A stretch of DNA of 64,000 nt, from NCBI GenBank assembly GCA_038248345.1, contig JBBRXO010000001.1:70946-134945 (forward strand). The letters are read 5' to 3'. How positions within the stretch are numbered: the stretch's first letter is position 1; each line of letters starts with the position of its first letter. The notes under the pieces were generated by a model. The model searched no databases and was not told the origin of the DNA. It worked only from the letters and a program-made list of their open reading frames with translations. Origin of the DNA: Armatimonadota bacterium. GTDB taxonomy: Bacteria > Armatimonadota > Hebobacteria > CAIYQO01. This document shows positions 60,778 through 64,000 of this stretch, in pieces. A program made the position numbers and the translations under genes.

Positions 60778-63501
60778 CTACCGCACCTGCCACTGCACCT
60801 GCATACCTTCGGTCAGCTCGATAGCCTTCTCCAAGCTATGCCAACTATAGCGTCCTTGCTCACCGGTTACCGGGAGTTCCTTCCCGTTTAGCAGCACACT
60901 GGCGCCTGCAGGAACCTCCAGTACGTGTAGCACTGACGGCTTGCCAAATACCCGACTGACCTTCAGGGTGACTGTACCTTCGGTGGAAACATCAGCGGTG
61001 AGCCAACATATCGGGTGTATCAACGGATACCGGCCCGGTCGCGAGGTATTCAGGCGTAACACTCCCGTCCCAGCCTCAAAAACGAAGTCAAGCATGGCAT
61101 CATACACCAGCCAACTCGCCGGTGCGGTCATGTAATATGCTCCCCAGCTCGCGGCCCCGGATTTCGGCAGATACATCAAGCGAGTATCGCAGGGGGTTGC
61201 ACCGTCATTGTCCATATTTCGCACCATTCGTTCCCAGATTGGCAGAAATCGGTCGTCATCCTGCGTGGCCGCGGCAGTTATCATGAAACCCTCCACATAT
61301 GGCGCCCAGCAGAAATCCGAACCTTCGCCGCCGTCTATATCTGCTTCATCCGGGGGCATCACGAACTGCGAACTCCCATTTAACGCCAGAATCTGGGTGA
61401 GGCAGGAAGCTATACGGGCGGGGTCAAGTACATCTTCGCCACAAAATAGCCGTGTAAATACTTGCCCGGCGAGTTGCCCCGCATGGCAGGTCTCGCGTAC
61501 TGGGCCGGTCGGGCTACCATAGGCACGGTAAAAGCTGCCGTTCCATAGATCAGCCTCCAGGCGTGCAAACGCCGCACTACGCCAGCGGGCGATCTCCGGT
61601 TGCAACTCGCCGTCGCCCTCACGCTGTGCCCACTTCTCACACAATGCCAATGCCATCAACCAGAGCGTAGCCATGTAGCCAGTCGTTCCATAGTAGTGGT
61701 AGCCGTCGTAGCTGGTACCCAGCTTCTTGCCCACCTGCGCTACGCCATCACCTTCCTCCGCCCATAGCGCATGGCGTTGCAGCGCGCGTTTCGCCCGCGG
61801 CCACATCGTTGCGTTGAACTCCGCATCGCCGGTAGACCACGCATGACGGGCTGTCTGCAGAATGAAAGAGCAGGTCAGGTCTGGCCAGCTCATCTCACCG
61901 ATTGAACGCTCCAGATGTCCATTTCCCAGGTCATGCTGAATACCACCCAGCGGGCTCTGCAGCGCGGCGAATTCGTTCAGTTCCCGTGCATTAAGTTGCG
62001 GAAATAACAGTTGTGTCGCTGGATGTGCGGCCAGACGCTGGTCAATGGTTCCATAGCAGCCCGCCATTTCCGTGGGGCCCTCATTGATACTGAAACGCCC
62101 GTCGCGATACCATACACTATTGGATACCAGCGGATAATTGCAATTACTTAGCCGCGTGCGCATCCACTCCGGCAACGTACTATCATCCAGGTGAGCTTTC
62201 AGCGCGCCCGCCTCTGTCAGTATGGCCTCCGCCTCGCCCAATAACGTACCTAAAATAGCCTGCCCGTCGACGAAATGCTGTTGCCAGGCATGGCCACAGT
62301 CGTTACCGAAAGTATCAATCCACTGCGGCATGGCTACCGCCAGCGCCATGGTTGCCTCCGCGCTCCCCCTTGCCGGTACCTGCAGGGTGACGGCAAGTTC
62401 GCCATGTCCATCGCCAATCTCGGTAGTGACTTCCCCACCCCGGATTCCCAGTAGCTGCTCACCGGCAGAAGCACGGTGCGTCGTGGCCGGAGTACCCGTA
62501 AAATGCAGGCAAGTAACGTCGCCGGTTACCTCCGCTGTGATCTCTCGCCCCGCCGCGTCATCCCAGGAGCAATAGCTGCCGTCACCGTAGCCGATGCTGC
62601 TCTCTAGACCCGCAACACCTCCGCCGATACCCACAATATTAGGCCACCCCCAGATACAGCGCACCGTGCGCGCGCTATTGCTGGTATTCTCCACCCGGAA
62701 GCGTACCAGTACACCGGGAATACTTGAGCGGCGCAGATCCTGCGGGCAAAGAGTGCCCGAGGCCGTCACCGTAACCTGTAACTCTGGCAGCGCCGTTGCC
62801 GCCAAGGTAGCCTGCGGAAAACGCGCCTGGTAATCGAGCTTTGCGCAAGCATGATGGCCCGGCGCCACTGCACGCGTGGCAATATCTACGATGCAATCAC
62901 CTTCCGCCACTGCGAGGAAGGCGCCGGGAAGGCCGTCCGGGTACTCCAGCGGCGAATCCTGGTTGTTATTCATGGTGAAATTGCGGAAACGCCCATCACG
63001 GCACAGATCAACCCGTCCGCCGCCTATTCCCCCCAGCGGCACCCCTGATGGCGCCCAGTGCGGATCCACTTGCGCCGCGATCCAGGCGTCAGCAGAACCA
63101 TCCTGCACAAAACGCGGCCAGGTGCATAACAGCATATCTACTGGCGCTGACGCCGGCCAACCGATTAACTGCAGTGTACCACTCCCGCGTGAGACCTCGG
63201 CCACACCCAGACAGACCCAGACGAGGTTATCAACTGATTCCACCATCTCGGCATCTGGCGCGCCCGCTGCCGAGATAAACTCCAGCTCATCCGGGCGCAA
63301 TCCGCCCACACTTACATGGATAGTAACCGCTGACAACAGCCCCGCCACCGCGCGTGGTACGCGAACGTAAACAAAATAAGGCAAGCGCCCCAGGGCGCTG
63401 GGAATGTGAATAGGGATGGGTAGCAAAGGATCGCTGCCCAGGAAAAATAACTCCTGGTGCTCATTCTCACGTTGTTCAATCATGTAGAGGACTCCCATCA
63501 A
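60778..63501 (-). CDS. GH116 family glycoside hydrolase
   Basis: GVPLGGIGGG, SSIPG, INEG...GTID, HDLG, TSYD, LWNGSFY, GQLAGQ, YYM. Confidence 0.82.
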   Translation of the reverse strand: MMGVLYMIEQRENEHQELFFLGSDPLLPIPIHIPSALGRLPYFVYVRVPRAVAGLLSAVTIHVSVGGLRPDELEFISAAGAPDAEMVESVDNLVWVCLGVAEVSRGSGTLQLIGWPASAPVDMLLCTWPRFVQDGSADAWIAAQVDPHWAPSGVPLGGIGGGRVDLCRDGRFRNFTMNNNQDSPLEYPDGLPGAFLAVAEGDCIVDIATRAVAPGHHACAKLDYQARFPQATLAATALPELQVTVTASGTLCPQDLRRSSIPGVLVRFRVENTSNSARTVRCIWGWPNIVGIGGGVAGLESSIGYGDGSYCSWDDAAGREITAEVTGDVTCLHFTGTPATTHRASAGEQLLGIRGGEVTTEIGDGHGELAVTLQVPARGSAEATMALAVAMPQWIDTFGNDCGHAWQQHFVDGQAILGTLLGEAEAILTEAGALKAHLDDSTLPEWMRTRLSNCNYPLVSNSVWYRDGRFSINEGPTEMAGCYGTIDQRLAAHPATQLLFPQLNARELNEFAALQSPLGGIQHDLGNGHLERSIGEMSWPDLTCSFILQTARHAWSTGDAEFNATMWPRAKRALQRHALWAEEGDGVAQVGKKLGTSYDGYHYYGTTGYMATLWLMALALCEKWAQREGDGELQPEIARWRSAAFARLEADLWNGSFYRAYGSPTGPVRETCHAGQLAGQVFTRLFCGEDVLDPARIASCLTQILALNGSSQFVMPPDEADIDGGEGSDFCWAPYVEGFMITAAATQDDDRFLPIWERMVRNMDNDGATPCDTRLMYLPKSGAASWGAYYMTAPASWLVYDAMLDFVFEAGTGVLRLNTSRPGRYPLIHPICWLTADVSTEGTVTLKVSRVFGKPSVLHVLEVPAGASVLLNGKELPVTGEQGRYSWHSLEKAIELTEGMQVQWQVR

Positions 63502-63676
63502 CGATACGTTATAATCATATTCCCCGCCCAGTATACCAAAAATCAGCGCAAAATACCGGCCTGCATCGTTAATCGTCTACTCGGTTTAATTCCCGCCGCT
63601 TCTCTTTAGACGCAGCGTAAAGGATTCTCGATCCCAAAGTGGCGAATGCCGAAAGCCATGGGTGAAATATAAAATA

Positions 63677-63711
63677 TAACCGCCCGTCCTATGATTTAGG
63701 ACGGGCGGTTA
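63677..63711 (-). terminator. stem-loop terminator
   Basis: TAACCGCCCGTCCTA / TAGGACGGGCGGTTA perfect 15-bp stem. Confidence 0.8.
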
Positions 63712-63742
63712 CTCAATTATAATATTCAGATACATGTGACCG

Positions 63743-64000
63743 CTACTTACCTCGAGTTAATGGCCCCCAACTAATTAATGGCCACTCGATATCTCGAAAG
63801 TCTCTGTAACCTAGCTTCCCCATTAAACCAAATGAAATATTATCTTTCGGCACATAGAGGAACATCCCCATCAAACGATAATGAGCTAGCCGATCATCTA
63901 TATTTCCAGAGACACGCCGAACATTTTGTCCGTTGATATCGGCAATGCATATAACATTCCCTGGCCCCTTTTCTTTAGTATACGCAGTCAGAGCGATAGT
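63743..64000 (-). CDS. 3' end of a CDS running off the window (TolB-like segment)
   Basis: Open frame of 85 codons ending LTRGK*, containing ICIADINGQNVRRVS; followed by a terminator. Confidence 0.55.
   Translation of the reverse strand, partial: TIALTAYTKEKGPGNVICIADINGQNVRRVSGNIDDRLAHYRLMGMFLYVPKDNISFGLMGKLGYRDFRDIEWPLISWGPLTRGK

Noticed and set aside
63550..63670. Riboswitch upstream of GH116 (also considered 27930-28010 and 53345-53460)
   Set aside because: I could not match c-di-GMP, fluoride or other consensus elements by eye; an Infernal/Rfam scan would be needed

Overview
64 kb of bacterial chromosome with no rRNA, tRNA, CRISPR array or intact transposase that I can see. The gene content suggests Armatimonadota or a similar phylum (inference from a DUF1559-like pseudopilin, a SpoIVB/S55 fusion, DUF3160, and many GH/SGNH and UROD-like genes). 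The left half (1-35 kb) is mostly housekeeping: mnmE, dprA, thiL, mutS, xerC, two TPP-dependent E1 genes, a DUF1778-GNAT toxin-antitoxin pair, an M23 peptidase coupled to a degenerate histidine kinase, a giant SpoIVB-propeller fusion and a pseudopilin with a LecA-like lectin tail. The right half (35-63.5 kb) is a carbohydrate-degradation region: GH151/GHL6-like, GH78, two GH2, GH116, three SGNH esterases, a UROD/MtaA-like protein, a LacI regulator and a colinear 895-bp domain duplication. The non-coding DNA is richly structured. It carries a recurring sigmaH-like promoter motif (AGG[ACT]-N17/18-G[AT]A) upstream of 8 genes, a three-copy REPIN/MITE family, heptamer tandem repeats abutting gene ends, and several other REP-like hairpins. 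There are also an in-frame TAA in a Ni/Co transporter gene, a probable ATA start for thiL and probable leaderless dprA and xerC. All family calls come from motif recognition by eye, not database searches.
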